DNA from: an uncultured Actinomycetes bacterium
Lineage (GTDB): Bacteria > Actinomycetota > Thermoleophilia > RBG-16-64-13
Length of the DNA stretch: 64,000 nt
Direction: 5' to 3'
Assembly: GCA_963841735.1 (NCBI GenBank)
Contig: CAWJDT010000001.1
Span: forward strand, 512,001-576,000
Shown: piece by piece, positions 30,510 to 42,028 of the stretch
How the letters are laid out: every line of letters starts with the position of its first letter
How positions within the stretch are numbered: the stretch's first letter is position 1
Translations under genes and position numbers: made by a program
Notes under the pieces: model-generated
Told to the model about the DNA's origin: nothing
Databases searched by the model: none
What the model saw: only the letters and a program-made list of their open reading frames with translations

Positions 30510-31746
30510 CGCCGGCGCCGGCCCGGCCGGACCAGGCCCCGCGACGGCGAGCCCCCTTGGGGGGAGCCTCCCGGCGGCCAGCGCCGCCCCCGCCACACCA
30601 AGCGACCCCCTCCCTAAAGTGCTTATCATCGGCCCAGTACCGCCGCCGGCGTTCGGCGTGGCCAAAGCCACCAAGTTGATGCTTGAGTCGCCGGTCCTGG
30701 CAGAGCGAATCGACATTTTGCACCTCGATATCAGCGACGCCCGCGGAGTGGCCAACATGGGGCTACTCGACTGGCGCAACTCCTTCCTTGGGGTGAGACA
30801 CATATGGCAACTGCTGCGTCTGCTGGACAGGAAACGCCCCCAGGTGACGCTGCTCACCGCGTCGCAGGGCAGACTCGGGCTGATGCGCGACGTTCTCTTT
30901 GTCTGGTCGGCCCGCGGATTCGGCTCGAAGGTGGTCACGTATCTCAGGGGCAGCCGGTATGCCGACACTCGGGCCAATGAAGGCGGGTTCGCGTCGGTCG
31001 CCCTCCGCTCCATCTTCAAGTCGAGCGCCCGCGTCATCGTTCTGGGCGAAAGCCTCGTGACCATGGCCAAAGCCGTCTACCCCTACACCCGCGTCGCCGT
31101 GGTGCCCAACGGGTGCCCGGTCGCGGTGCCGGAGACTGAGGTGGGCGCGCGCGACCCAGACCACCCGGTGCTGCTCTACATTGGGCGCCTGGGGCCGGCA
31201 AAGGGCATCGAAGACGCCCTACGCGCCGCCGCGAAAGTGGCGCCTTCGGTCCCCGACCTGGAGTTCATTCTGTGCGGAGAGTGGGAACCGCCCGAATACG
31301 AGACGCAGATGAGGCTGCTCGTGGGTGATCTGGGTCTCTCCGAAACCGTCCGCTTCCCCGGCCCAACCAGCGGCGAGGAGAAGGAGAACCTGCTCGCGCG
31401 GGCTTGGGCGCTGGTGGTGCCCTCGCACTCCGAGGGCCACCCCTGGGTCATCCTTGAGGCGATGAGCGCCGGGGTGCCGGTGGTCGCTACCAACACCGGA
31501 GCCGTCGCCGAGACAGTCGAGGACGGCGTCGGCGGCTTCGTGGTGCCGGTAGGAGACGTCGAGTTCCTGGCAAGACGAGTCACCGAGCTCCTGAGCGACG
31601 ACGACCTTTGGAAGCGGATGTCCGAAGCATGCGCGCAACGGCACCGAGAGCGATTCACCGTAGAGCAAAGCCACGCGGCCTTGGCGGAGGAACTCTGCCG
31701 AGTTGCCGGTGAAGACCGAAGACCAACTCAAAGAGGGGGTGAGTAG
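30502..31746 (+). CDS. Glycosyltransferase family 4
   Basis: IIGPVPPP, VVPNG, YIGRL..AKG, EGHPWVILEAMSAGVPVV; ATG 30502 overlaps the previous gene. Confidence 0.9.
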   Translation: MTDAGAGPAGPGPATASPLGGSLPAASAAPATPSDPLPKVLIIGPVPPPAFGVAKATKLMLESPVLAERIDILHLDISDARGVANMGLLDWRNSFLGVRHIWQLLRLLDRKRPQVTLLTASQGRLGLMRDVLFVWSARGFGSKVVTYLRGSRYADTRANEGGFASVALRSIFKSSARVIVLGESLVTMAKAVYPYTRVAVVPNGCPVAVPETEVGARDPDHPVLLYIGRLGPAKGIEDALRAAAKVAPSVPDLEFILCGEWEPPEYETQMRLLVGDLGLSETVRFPGPTSGEEKENLLARAWALVVPSHSEGHPWVILEAMSAGVPVVATNTGAVAETVEDGVGGFVVPVGDVEFLARRVTELLSDDDLWKRMSEACAQRHRERFTVEQSHAALAEELCRVAGEDRRPTQRGGE

Positions 31747-31751
31747 GCAGA

Positions 31752-33790
31752 ATGTGCGGCATCTGTGGCATGACGTTTCCGGTGGACCACGCAGGCGCTC
31801 GACTGCATGCTGGCCGCCACCCTCCATCGTGGGCCCGACGACGGCGGCACCTTCGTCTCCGCCGACGGGGCCATCGGCCTGGGTAGCCGCCGCCTCAGCA
31901 TCATCGACCTATCCCCCGCCGGCCACATGCCCATGATCTCCGACGACGGGCGCGTGGTCGTGGCCTACAACGGCGAGATCTACAACTACCGCGAGCTTCG
32001 GGAGCAGCTAAGAGGCGCGGGGCACGAGTTCCGCTCGCAGACCGATACCGAGGTGCTCATCCACGGCTATGAGGAGTGGGGCACCGATATCTTCGCCCGC
32101 CTCAACGGCATCTTCGCCGTGGCGCTGTGGGACCAGGCCGCCGACCGCCTGCTGTTGGCCCGCGACCGTTTTGGAGTGAAACCGCTCTACCACGTGGTCG
32201 ATGATCGCGGCCGGCTGCTCTTCGCCTCGGAGGTCAAAGGCCTGATCGCGGCCGGCTACCGGCCCGCCACCCCCGATTCCCTGGCCATCCACAAGTACTT
32301 GACCTTCTTGTGGGTCCCCGGCCCGGCAACAATGTTCACCGGGGTCCAGAAGCTCCCGCCCGGGCACTGGGCGGAATGGCACGCCGCGCCGGCCTCGTCC
32401 GCCGGGCACCGCGCCGCCTCCGGCGCCGGGGCCGGGGTCACCTCCGGAGCCGCCGCCTCCGGCCCCGCGGCCGGCAGCACCGCCGCCAACCCAGGCGGCC
32501 GGCTCGAGCATGCACCGCTATTGGAGTCCCACGTTCGCTCCTCAGCCCATGGAGCGGAGCGACGCCGCCGCGGAGCTGCGGCGCATCCTCGAGTCCACCG
32601 TGTCGCGCCAGCTGGTGGCCGACGTCCCCGTGGGGGTGTTCCTCAGCGGCGGGCTCGACTCCACCGCCCTCGCTGCGTTGGCGACCCAGGTCGCCGGACG
32701 GCCGGCCACCTGCTTCACCATTGGCTTCCGGAGCGAAGACTCCGCCCTGGAGCAGTCTTCCGACGACGCGCGCTACGCCCGAGTCGCGGCGGAGGCGCTC
32801 GGCGCCGACTTCCACGACATAGAGGTGTCACCCGACATCGTCGACCTACTGCCCAAGGTCATCTATCACCTGGACGAGCCCGTGGCCGATCCGGCCGCCA
32901 TCGCCACTTACCTCATCTGCGAGGCGGCTCGCTCTGAGGTCACCGTGCTCTTGAGCGGCCAAGGCGCCGACGAGATCTTCGCCGGATACCGGGTGCACGG
33001 CATGTCCGATTGGGCCGACCGCGCCGGCCTGCTGCCCAAGTGGCTACGAAAGGTCACCGCCGAGCCGCTGGTGCGGGCCCTGCCCTCCCTGCAGCACGCC
33101 ATCCCCGGCGCCCATCCAGGGCTGGTGCTCGCCGGCCACCGCTACCTCAGCAAGATGCTGGCCGGCGTCGACCTCCCTCCCAACGAACGCTACGTCTTCT
33201 ATCGCTCCTACTACACCGACGAGCAACTGCGGGGCCTCTACGCACCCGGGCTGAGCGGCGCCCTCGCCGACGCCCAAGCAGGGAGCGAGCATCTCGCGTA
33301 TATGCGGGAGGCACCGGCCGCGGACTTCCTCAACCGAGAGCTCTACACCGACTGGTTCACCTTTCTGCCCGAGCTGAACCTAGCCTACTGCGACAAGATG
33401 AGCATGGCCGCGTCGACAGAGGTCCGGGTCCCATTCTTCGACAACGAGATCGTCGACTTCATGCTCACCGTCCCTTGCTCACTCAAGCGGCACGGCCGGA
33501 CTTCGAAGGTGGTGCTCCGGGACGCGGTAAGGGATATCGTGCCGGCAGCGATCATCGAACGTCGCAAGGCCGGATTCGGGGCACCCATCCGCACCTGGCT
33601 TCGGCGCGATCTGCGCGAGATGGTGGACGATCTTCTGGGCTCCGAGCGCATCAAAGCCCGGGGATATTTCGAGCCCAAGGCCATCCGGACTCTGGTGGAC
33701 GACGACCGTGAGGGCCGCGCCGACAATACCTACCGCATCTGGGCGCTACTCACCCTGGAGCTGTGGCACCAGACGTTCCTCGACGTCTAG
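31752..33790 (+). CDS. asnB: Asparagine synthase-like glutamine amidotransferase (glycan amidation); frameshifts near 31795 and 32505
   Basis: MCGICG N-terminus at 31752, HRGPDD, RRLSIIDL, YNGEIYNY, RDRFGVKPLY, LSGGLDS, LSGQGADE, DKMSMAAS.EVRVPF, RRKAGF. Confidence 0.9.
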
Positions 33791-35217
33791 TAAGCACCCC
33801 GGCGCGCGAACACCACGCCGACAGTCCGCACCATGATCCCCAGGTCCATGCCGAGGGACCAGTTCTCCACGTAGTGCCGGTCGAGCCGCACCATGTCTTC
33901 GAAGGCGAGATCCTTGCGCCCCGACACCTGCCATAGACCGGTGATACCGGGTTTGCCCTTAAGACGTATCAGCGCCTCGGTCGCATACTGATCGACCTCG
34001 CGCGGCAGCGGCGGACGCGGACCCACCAGACTCATGTCGCCACGCAGAACGTTGACAAACTGCAGCAACTCATCCAGGCTCCACTTGCGCAACGCAGCGC
34101 CTATGTGGGTTATTCGCGGGTCGTGTTGCATCTTGAAGTGGGGACCGTCTCCTTCGTCCTGAGCCTTCAGGTCCTCGAGCCGGCGTTCGGCATCGACGAC
34201 CATGGTCCTGAACTTCAGGATCTCAAAGGGACGACCGCCCATGCCCAAGCGCACCTGCCGAAAGATGATCGGACCGGGCGAATCAAACCGCACCGAGGCC
34301 GCCACCACCAAGAGCACCGGCGATACGACCAGCAGCGCCAGTACCGAGACCACCACATCGAACGCCCGCTTGAAACTGCGCCGAACCTGGTCCAGGGGAT
34401 CCACCAATACATCGAACACCGGGGGCTCCCGGAAGCCGTAGACCCGGGCGGCGTGAAGACTCGCCTCGAACAGCGCGGGCACCACCCGGAAGGCCATGCC
34501 CGCCTGAGTGAGAGCCATGGTCACGCGATCGAAGCCGGAGGCGTCCTCCGGATCAAGCGCGACGACGACCTCGCAGGGTCCGTCCGCCCGAGCCAGTTGC
34601 TGGATGCGCTCCACAGAGAGAGCCCCGCGCGCCGCCACCGTGCCCGCGCAGCGCAGCCCCAGCCACGGCCGCTCTTCCAGCAGGGCCACGAAGTTGTCGG
34701 CCACCCTGCCCTGACCTATGACCACCACTCTGCGCATGCCCTCGCCCCGCGCGAACAGCCTGCGCTGATGCCAGGTTATGAGCACCCGGTTGATCACCAG
34801 GAGACTGAAGAACACAAGCAACGAGCTGCCCAACAGCAACCGGGACTGATCCCTGTAGCCGGTGAAGAAGCCGTCGGTTGCCAGCCAGATGCCACACACA
34901 AAGAAGAAGCCAAGCAGCAGGTTCTTGACCATGCCGGCCAGGTCGCCTAGGGGCACCATGCGCCGGTCGCTCGAATACTGGCCGGCTCTGTAGAGGAGCA
35001 CCAGAGTGACCAGCCCTACGAGCAGTTGAAAGACCACGTGCGCCAGACGGGCCACGGCCAGGTCGAATACCCGGAATTGCATCAGCAGTCCGGTCGCGAT
35101 CAGGGCTGTCAGTGCAGCGAGATTGTCCAGTCTGGCCAGCATGCGGCGCGGGCGCACCCACGAGCCCGCGGACTGCCGCAGGGCCGTCTCGCTGTGACTT
35201 GCCGCCATTCCGTCCAT
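33787..35217 (-). CDS. Priming polyprenyl-phosphate hexose-1-phosphate transferase (WcaJ/CpsE-like)
   Basis: [57 protein letters not shown]. Confidence 0.93.
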   Translation of the reverse strand: MDGMAASHSETALRQSAGSWVRPRRMLARLDNLAALTALIATGLLMQFRVFDLAVARLAHVVFQLLVGLVTLVLLYRAGQYSSDRRMVPLGDLAGMVKNLLLGFFFVCGIWLATDGFFTGYRDQSRLLLGSSLLVFFSLLVINRVLITWHQRRLFARGEGMRRVVVIGQGRVADNFVALLEERPWLGLRCAGTVAARGALSVERIQQLARADGPCEVVVALDPEDASGFDRVTMALTQAGMAFRVVPALFEASLHAARVYGFREPPVFDVLVDPLDQVRRSFKRAFDVVVSVLALLVVSPVLLVVAASVRFDSPGPIIFRQVRLGMGGRPFEILKFRTMVVDAERRLEDLKAQDEGDGPHFKMQHDPRITHIGAALRKWSLDELLQFVNVLRGDMSLVGPRPPLPREVDQYATEALIRLKGKPGITGLWQVSGRKDLAFEDMVRLDRHYVENWSLGMDLGIMVRTVGVVFARRGAY

Positions 35218-35324
35218 GCCACCTCGCCAAACTTGGCCTCAAAGGTCTTTGCGCCGCTGTATTGGCCTGTATCGGCTCGGTTGGGCAAGAGCTTGACCCC
35301 CGCTTGCCAGGTTTTTCGCCGGGC

Positions 35325-36650
35325 ATGCGGAATTCTTCAAATGCCCACTTGACGGGGAAAGAGCACCAAGGAGACGAGGGTCTGACAGCAGGATCGAAAT
35401 CACCTTTCGAGACAAAGGATCCTGGGGCCGCGTCCTCCGGGGCCGCGCCGCACACCGGGGCCGCGCCGCACACCGGGGCCGCCGGGACCGCCGAAACCGC
35501 CGCTCCCTCGCCCGCCGGCAAGGTGCCCCGCCAACCGTGGGCAGACGTCATCCGCATTGCCGCGGTGCTGCTGATCTTCCTATTCCACTTTGGCCCCGAC
35601 TGGGCGCACTCCACCTCCACCCAGCCCTCCGCCGCTTGGCGTTTCATCGCTGAGCACTTCGCCGAGTGGGGCATCGCCGCTTTCGTGGTGCTATCGGGCT
35701 TCGCGCTCGCTTTGACCCTCTCGACCTCCCGGCGGTCGCCATACAACTATGTGTCCCACCGCCTCACCCGCGTCCTGGCGCCGTTCTGGCTGGTGGCTAT
35801 CCCCTTCTCTCTGGCCGGTTTCGCCCTAGGCGAGGAGCCGTGGCGCCATATCTGGAAACTCCCGGTATGGCTCCTGGGGCTGGGCCCGGTCAACCCGTCC
35901 ACCTATCTGCCCATCGGCGAGGCCTGGTGGTATGTGTCGCTGGCTCTGCAAATCAGCCTGCTCATGCCCCTTATCATGTGGTTGCGCCGTTCCCTGGGCC
36001 TGATCCCCGTGACCGTCTTCGCCGTTGGTCTTAACGCCGCGGTGCTGGTAGCTGTTGAGCTGATGCCGTCCGGGTGGGAGTACCTGGCCCAGGGCTTTGT
36101 GCTGTGTCGTCTGGCCGAGTTGGCCATCGGGATGGCGGCGGCCGAGCTGGTGTTGTGGAGGCGCGGACCCCGGCGCGACCGGTTGCGGCTGGTGCAGGCG
36201 GGCTGCTGCATGGGCTTCACCATGGCCGTCTCGCCGCTGCTCGCCATTCTGGGCGCGTGGACCAGGTGGCGAGCCGTGATGGGGCTGGCGGCACTGTTCG
36301 CACTGGGGGCGCTTGTTGGGAGCCGCCCGGGTTGGCGGGTCCGGACACACACCGCCACGCGCGGGCTGGCTTGGGTCGCGGCCGTCTCGTATTGCTTCTA
36401 TTTGACCCATGCTCCGGTGAGCAAATACGCCGGGCGTCTGCTGGTGAAGGCCGGCATCGACACCATCTACATAGCGTTGCCTGTGATACTCATCATCTGC
36501 GTGTTGGTCGCCTGGTTGGCCGAGCGCATAGCGGGGCGCTGGATCGCCCCCCGCCTGGCGATGATCTTCAGCCGCATCTTTGTACGCAACAAGGCGGGCG
36601 CCGCGCCTGGTGACGCGCCGCGCGCCACCGGAGCACACACAATAGAATGA
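35325..36650 (+). CDS. Acyltransferase family 3 (OafA-like membrane O-acyltransferase)
   Basis: DVIRIAAVLLIFLFH, FVVLSGF, RLTRV, WWYV, SYCFYLTH; exact start uncertain. Confidence 0.85.
   Translation: MRNSSNAHLTGKEHQGDEGLTAGSKSPFETKDPGAASSGAAPHTGAAPHTGAAGTAETAAPSPAGKVPRQPWADVIRIAAVLLIFLFHFGPDWAHSTSTQPSAAWRFIAEHFAEWGIAAFVVLSGFALALTLSTSRRSPYNYVSHRLTRVLAPFWLVAIPFSLAGFALGEEPWRHIWKLPVWLLGLGPVNPSTYLPIGEAWWYVSLALQISLLMPLIMWLRRSLGLIPVTVFAVGLNAAVLVAVELMPSGWEYLAQGFVLCRLAELAIGMAAAELVLWRRGPRRDRLRLVQAGCCMGFTMAVSPLLAILGAWTRWRAVMGLAALFALGALVGSRPGWRVRTHTATRGLAWVAAVSYCFYLTHAPVSKYAGRLLVKAGIDTIYIALPVILIICVLVAWLAERIAGRWIAPRLAMIFSRIFVRNKAGAAPGDAPRATGAHTIE
35439..35482 (+). repeat. 18-bp in-frame tandem repeat (GAAPHT x2 plus partial)
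   Basis: GGGGCCGCGCCGCACACC at 35439 and 35457; partial copy at 35475. Confidence 0.9.
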
Positions 36651-36678
36651 GACGTCTGCCTAGAATGAGACGTCTACC
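36643..36678 (+). repeat. 18-bp tandem duplication; each unit has TAGAAT and the palindrome AGACGTCT
   Basis: TAGAATGAGACGTCTGCC / TAGAATGAGACGTCTACC. Confidence 0.9.
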
Positions 36679-36721
36679 CGAAAACGCCAAACCGCACTAC
36701 CCGACGGGAGGAGGACAGACC

Positions 36722-38915
36722 GTGAAGCAGGTGGCCCAAGCGATCAAGGACGGCCGCATCCAGGTGCTCGACGTCCCTCCGCCCACGTTGCGCCCCCACG
36801 GCATCCTGGCCCGCAACGCCTGGTCGCTCATCAGCGCCGGCACCGAACGGGCCAAAGTCGACCTCGGCCAAAAGAGCCTCGTGGGCAAGGCCCGCAGCCG
36901 GCCCGATCAGGTTGCCCAGGTGGTCGAGAAGATACGGCGCGACGGACTGCTCCAGACCTACCGCACCGTCAAGGCGCGCCTGGAGGAGGAGGGCCCCATC
37001 GGCTACAGCTGCGCCGGCGTGGTCACGACCACGGGCGAGTTGGCCGGGGGCTTCCAGACCGGAGACCGCGTGGCCTGTGGAGGCGGCGAATACGCCAACC
37101 ATGCTGAGATCGTGTACGTCCCCGGCACGCTCGCCGTACCGGTGCCCGCTGAGGTGGGCCTCGACGAAGCCGCCTTCGCCACCGTGGGCGCCGTCGCCCT
37201 GCAGGGTGTGCGGCAGAGCGGGGCCGTGCTTGGGCGACCGGGTAGCCGTCATAGGCCTGGGGCTGCTGGGACTGCTCACCGTGCAGCTACTCCGGGCCGC
37301 CGGCTGCGAAGTGGCCGGCATGGACCCCGACCCCGCCCGTTGCGCCCTGGCCGCCGGATTCGGCGCCGGCAAAGTCACGCACGCCGGGTCCGGACGCCGC
37401 CGCCCGCACCCTCCTGGCCGCCACGGCCGGGCGTGGCTACGACGCCGTTATCCTCACCGCCGCCACCAAGGAGTCCGGGCCGGTGCGACTCGCCGGCAAG
37501 ATCGCCCGCGACCGCGGCACCGTGGTCATCGTCGGCGACGTGGGCATGAACATCCCCCGCTCCCCCTTCTACGAAAAAGAACTCACGGTCAAACTCTCGC
37601 GCTCCTATGGACCCGGGCGCTACGATCCCATGTACGAGGAGCTGGCCCTCGACTACCCGCTGGGCTACGTACGCTGGACCGAGCAGCGCAACATGGCCGA
37701 GTTCATCCGCCTCGTCTGCGAGCGCCGCCTCGACGTCAAGTCGCTCATCACTCACCGCTTTGCCGTAGACGACGCCTCTGAAGCCTACGCCCTGCTCACC
37801 AAGAAGGGCGCCGGCGCCCTGGGCGTGCTGCTCGAGTATCCCCAGGCAGCCCCCGGAGCCGAGGCCCCACCCGAGCCGGAGCGCATCTGGCTCACCCGAC
37901 ACGCGTCCTCACCGGTCGCCGAAGGCAAGGTGGGGGTCAGCCTGCTGGGCGCCGGCAACTTTGCCACCGCCACCCTCCTCCCCGCCCTTTCGGCCGACCC
38001 GCGCTTCGCCCGCCGCGGCGTCTACACCACCTCCGGCCTCAGCGCCCAGGACGTGGCCAAGCGCAACCATTTCGCCTTCTGCGCCGGCAATCCCGACCAA
38101 CTCCTTGCCGACGCCGACACCTCCGCCGTGATCATCGCCACCCGTCACGCCTCTCATGCCGAGCTGGCCGAGAAAGCCCTACGCGCCGGCAAGACCGTGT
38201 TTGTCGAGAAGCCGCTCGCCCTTTCCGAGAGGAACTGGCGGCCGTGGTCCAGGCCCAGCGCGACACCGGCGGACGCCTCACCGTGGGCTTCAACCGCCGC
38301 TTCTCGCCGCTCACCCGGACGGTGCTCAAGGAGCTGGAGCATCGCTCCTCGCCGGTGGCGGCTTTGATCAGGGTCAACGCCGGGGCCATCGCGCCCGATC
38401 ACTGGATCCAACGCCTGGAGGAAGGCGGAGGCCGGATCATCGGAGAGGTGTGCCACTTCGTCGATCTGGCCTGCTGCTTGATGGACGACCATCCGGTGTC
38501 GGTCTACGCCCTCTCGGCCGACCCTGACAGGCCTGCCGCCCTAAGCGACACCCTCACCATCACCCTGTCTTTCGGCGACGGGTCCATAGCCACCATCCTC
38601 TACGCAGCCACAGGCGACACCACCTATCCCAAGGAGCGGGTGGAGGTCTTCTGCGAGGGCGAGGTCTTGGTCATCGACGACTTCAAGACCCTCACCATGG
38701 TCGTGGGCGGCAACACCCGCACCGAGAAGCTCGACCGCGTAGACAAGGGTCACTCCGCCGAGATGCAGTCGTTCCTCGACCTGGCCCAGGGTCAAGAGGT
38801 CAACACCCTCACCTTCGCCGACTGCGTGGCCTCCACCGCGGCCACCCTCAAGGTGATCGAGTCACTCACCACCGGCAAGCCGGCGAGGGTGCCCCGCGTC
38901 TCGTTGGAAGGCTAG
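36722..38915 (+). CDS. Bi-domain oxidoreductase (Zn-ADH-like + Gfo/Idh/MocA); frameshifts near 37232, 37395 and 38230
   Basis: VKQV..SLISAGTE..GYSCAG..HAE; IGLGLLG; SRSYGPGRYD..RWTEQRN; GAGNFA..IATRH..VEKPL; VGFNRRF; GGRIIGEVCHFVD; DKGH. RBS GGAGGAGG. Confidence 0.88.
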
Positions 38916-38924
38916 GGGCAGCGC

Positions 38925-40526
38925 GTGCCCGAGGCAGAGACACCCGCAACCGGCGGCACCGCGACCTTCCCGCAACCGGCGGGACCGTCACCACCGGCGC
39001 GCCCGCGACCGTCCCCGCCGCCCGGCCGGCGACGCCGCCACACCCGACGCCACGTGGGCGCGCACCACCGCTCTTGAGATCTGGAAACGCCTGGCCGCCG
39101 GCGACTACGCCGGCCGGGACCCTTACGACGCCCTCAATTCCCGCCTCCTACCGGCGGTGCTGACGAAACCCCGGCTGATCCGCCGGGTGCTCACCCAAGC
39201 AGTCAAGCGCTGCCCCACTCCCGCTCCAACCGCTGCTGGCGGTCAAGCGCGCAGGTGGACGCCTACACCCTGGGCCACGTGCTGCTCGCCGGCGCCCGGC
39301 TCCACGACGGGCCGCGGCGGCGGACGGCGCCCCGGCGCGCCCAGGCTCTCCGTCGGCCCGCGCGCCTGCGCTCCACCTGCGAACAGGTGGCCGCCCAGCT
39401 CCGCGCACTGGCCATCACCGACGGCGAGCGCGATGGGCTGGGGATACCACTTTCCCGTGCACACCCGCTTCTTCTCGTACGTGCCGCCGGCGCCTAACCT
39501 CATCGTCACGGCTTTCGTGGCCAAAGGAATGGCCGCGGTCACCCGCGCCGGCTTGGTCGACTGCTCCACCGAGCTAAGAGGCGCCGTGGCCTTCATCCTG
39601 GGCAGCCTCCCGCGCGTGAGCGACGAGACGGGCCAATGCATCGGCTACGTGCCCGGCGAGACCGCCATCGTCCACAACGCCAACATGCTGGCTGCCCTAG
39701 TGCTTTGCGAAGCCGCGGAGGTCGCCGGCAACAGGGCGCCCACCGGGGCCGCGCGCTCCGCGGGGGCCGCACCTTCCGCGGGGGCCGCCCCTTCCGCCGG
39801 GGCCGCGGACGGAGCGCCCGCCGGCGCCGTCACTTCTGCCGACGCGTCTATCGGCGCCGGCGCCTGGATCGGCGAAGCCCTCGCCTGCGCCCGCTTCACC
39901 GCCGCCCGTCAGGCCGCCGACGGGTCGTGGCCCTACTCCGAAGAGCCCTACGGCCGCTGGGTCGACGGTTTCCACACCGGCTTCGTACTCGACGGCCTGG
40001 CCGCAGTCGTACGCGCCACCGGTGACGAACAGCTCCGAACGGCCTTGCTCCGCGGCCTCCGCTTCTACGTCGCTCAACTGTTCGGCCCCAACGGTGAGCC
40101 CAAGTACTACCCCGGCCATGCGCTGCCCTATGACGCACTCTCGGCCGCACAGGGCGTGGAGACCCTCCACGTGTCGCTCCGTGACTCCCCCCACCTCGCC
40201 GCCCTACGCGACGGCGACTCCCCGCCGCCCGGGGGGCGGCCCCCGCAGGCGGGCCCGCTCAGGCCGTCCCTGGGCAGATCGACTGGATCCGTCGCCACCT
40301 GGTCAAGCCGGGCGGCAAAGTCGCCTATCAAGTGCACCACCGCTGGACCGACCACCGCGAGTTCCCCCGCTGGTCGAGCGCCCCGCTTATGTCTGCTCTC
40401 GCCGGGGTGAGGTCGCCGGTCGCCGGCGTCGCACAGGTCGGCGGCGCGCAGGTCGCAGGCACCGCACAAACCGCAGGCGCCACAACAGACGCAGCCACGG
40501 CGCCATCCCAGGAGGCCGGCTCATGA
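38925..40526 (+). CDS. Conserved glycan-locus protein with predicted alpha/alpha-toroid fold; several frameshifts
   Basis: Motifs GRDPYDALNS, WGYHF, PNLIVTAFV, VHNANML, DGSWPY, WVDGFHTGFVL, RWSSAP spread over successive frames. Confidence 0.65.
39745..39806 (+). repeat. 18-bp-period in-frame repeat (GAAxSA units)
   Basis: GGGGCCGC at 39745, 39763, 39781 and 39799. Confidence 0.85.
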
Positions 40527-41590
40527 CCCGCGGCCCCGTATGGATCGATCTGGCCAACTCTCCCCATGTGCTCTTCTTCCAGCCGGTGATCGCCGAGCTG
40601 CACCGCCGCGGCATCCAAACCGTCGTTTCGGCCCGCGACTTCTCCCAGACGGTCGCACTATGTCACCTCCTGGGCATCGACGCCGAGGTCATCGGCGAGC
40701 ACGGGGGCTCCGGTCTCGCGGGCAAGGCCGGCAACCTGGTGGGCCGTGTGCGCGCTCTTCGCGCCTTTGCCCGAGCGAAAGCGCCCTCGGTGGCGGTGAG
40801 CCACAACTCCTATGCTCAGGCTCTGGCCGGGCGCACCTTGGGCATCCCCGTGGTCACGGCTATGGACTACGAGTTCCAGCCAGCCAATCACCTGGCCTTC
40901 CGCTGCGCGAGTCTGGTGGCGGTTCCCGATGTCTTCCCCCTCGATGCTCTCCAACACCAGGGGGCGGATCTTTCCAAAGTCTGGCGCTACTCTGGGCTCA
41001 AAGAGCAGATAGCCCTGGCTGGTTTTGCACCGGAGCCCGGCTACCTTGAGCGAGCCGGGGTCACCCCCGCGCCGGTGATGGCCCCGGCCGGCGCCGCGCC
41101 GCCCGTGGTGGTGGTCCGTCCCCCCGCCGACATGGCCCTCTATCACCGTTTCCAGAACCCACTCTTCGCCGAGCTACTCGATCTTCTCGAACAAGGTCGC
41201 CGCGAAAATCGGGTGATTGTGGTGCTGCTCGCCCGTACGCCCCAGCAGTCGGCCTCACTGGAAGGCGAAGGCTATGGCGGACTCGTCTGGCGCGGTGAGG
41301 CCCTCGACGGACGTCAGCTCATCGCCGCTGCCGACGCTGTCATCAGCGCGGGCGGCAGCATGAACCGGGAGGCCGCCGTCCTCGGCACACCGGCATTCTC
41401 CATCTACGCAGGCAAACTCGCCGCCGTCGACCGGGCCTTGGTGGCCGACGGCAGGCTCACACTGCTCCGCTCCACTGCGGACGTGTCCGGGCTCACCCTC
41501 CGCAAGAAACCCGCTACGGCGCCGCCCCGCGTCGGAGAAAGCCTTCTCGGCCAGTTCGTCGACAGGGTGCTTGAGACCGAACGTCCCTAG
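40523..41590 (+). CDS. DUF354-family protein (GT-B-like)
   Basis: VWIDLANSPHVLFF, ARDFSQT, IGEHGG, MDYE, GGSMNREAAVLGTP; RBS GGAGG. Confidence 0.85.
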   Translation: MTRGPVWIDLANSPHVLFFQPVIAELHRRGIQTVVSARDFSQTVALCHLLGIDAEVIGEHGGSGLAGKAGNLVGRVRALRAFARAKAPSVAVSHNSYAQALAGRTLGIPVVTAMDYEFQPANHLAFRCASLVAVPDVFPLDALQHQGADLSKVWRYSGLKEQIALAGFAPEPGYLERAGVTPAPVMAPAGAAPPVVVVRPPADMALYHRFQNPLFAELLDLLEQGRRENRVIVVLLARTPQQSASLEGEGYGGLVWRGEALDGRQLIAAADAVISAGGSMNREAAVLGTPAFSIYAGKLAAVDRALVADGRLTLLRSTADVSGLTLRKKPATAPPRVGESLLGQFVDRVLETERP

Positions 41591-41671
41591 GGCCAAAGTC
41601 GTATCCCGCGAAGCGCCTCTTGAGGCTAACCTGCGTGTGATGAGCAAGACAGCGCTCGACCGCTAACCTGG

Positions 41672-41700
41672 TTGCACGGTAACCGTGTTAGGGTTATAGT
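41672..41700 (+). promoter_or_regulatory. Sigma-70 promoter of higBA with overlapping palindromic operator
   Basis: TTGCAC-N17-TATAGT; inverted repeat CACGGT-A-ACCGTG (41675-41687) overlaps the -35 box and spacer. Confidence 0.75.
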
Positions 41701-41723
41701 CTAATCGAGTACAAGGAGCATCG

Positions 41724-42017
41724 ATGATCGGCTCGTTCGGAGATGCCGCCACAGAAGACCTGTACCACAACCGCCCGACGCGACGCGCCCGCCGGTGGCC
41801 GGCTGAGGTAGTGGCCCCCGCTTTGATCAAGATGGATCTGCTCGATGCAGCCGCAGCGATTATCGACCTCCAGTCACCACCTGGAAACAGACTCGAGGCT
41901 CTGAAAGGCGATCTGAAGGGCAACTACTCTATCCGCGTCAACGACCGGTGGCGCTTGGTATTCCGCTGGGAGGGCAACAACGCCTACGAGGTCCGGCTAA
42001 TGGACTATCACACATAG
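41724..42017 (+). CDS. higB: HigB toxin (RelE-like, plasmid-killer family)
   Basis: MIGSF.D..TE, DLQSPPGNRLEALKGD..YSIRVNDRWRLVFRW, DYH C-terminus. Confidence 0.93.
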   Translation: MIGSFGDAATEDLYHNRPTRRARRWPAEVVAPALIKMDLLDAAAAIIDLQSPPGNRLEALKGDLKGNYSIRVNDRWRLVFRWEGNNAYEVRLMDYHT

Positions 42018-42028
42018 GGAGGCAGTCG

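Noticed and set aside
33787-33790. Convergent stop-codon overlap (shared CTAG), and the 25-nt convergent overlap at 19803-19827
   Set aside because: Common in compact GC-rich genomes; no further signal.
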